24,869 bases of DNA, taken from an uncultured delta proteobacterium. GTDB taxonomy: Bacteria; Desulfobacterota; Syntrophobacteria; BM002. Below, one piece after another: positions 24,709 through 24,869 of this stretch; position 1 is the stretch's first letter, and every line of letters begins with the position of its first letter. The notes under the pieces are model-generated. The model searched no databases and had not been told where the DNA came from. It saw nothing but the letters and a program-made list of their open reading frames with translations. The stretch lies in assembly GCA_963712115.1 (NCBI GenBank), contig CAVQGX010000041.1:1-24869 (forward strand), written 5' to 3'. Made by a program: the position numbers and the translations under genes.

Positions 24709-24869
24709 TTCTTTTTATAGAGCATCACCAAGCACTGCTGACATAAATATTGGGCCTTCGAAGCGGGTATACCCGCGAACAAGAAGGAAGCTGCATGAGA
24801 CAGAACGGCTGCAATATTGATGCCTATCGATTTCATGGTTATCTGGTCACAGTTGTTCCATCGCGACCA

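Noticed and set aside
24763-24776. Perfect 14-bp palindrome GCGGGTATACCCGC and a 43-codon ORF upstream of the cyclase
   Set aside because: Single occurrence near the window edge, with no U-tract, no known operator match and no coding support.

Overview
A 24.9-kb accessory region, probably from an anaerobic deltaproteobacterium (Desulfobacterota-like; inferred from the tungsten AOR, the PBPRA1643-type SEC-C protein and general gene style). It holds about 20 functionally unrelated, mostly envelope or signalling genes. Three structures stand out. (1) From ~4.9 kb to ~23.3 kb, blocks of 1-5 genes are separated by related spacers. Most spacers end in a conserved, co-oriented 29-bp motif, TTACTGAATTGTTCGCTTGGCCCGACCAC (9 full copies, 2 partial copies, 3 inverted ends). 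The spacers are ordered mosaics of 7-9-mer tandem repeats and GNA-triloop mini-hairpins. Signs of rearrangement include pagL inserted between 10-bp direct repeats, a diverged 412-bp tandem duplication of the AOR 3' end, and stop codons or an RBS supplied by the repeats. This looks like an integron-like but non-attC gene-cassette array; no integrase is present in the window. (2) A complete IS1111-type (IS110 family) element spans 2037-3327, and its bridge-RNA target and donor guides can be read directly from the sequence. (3) A second repeat family (NrdR-like box, AGGGAUG loop, terminator) separates small genes at the left end, and one copy is the IS insertion site. All calls are by eye; no database searches were run.
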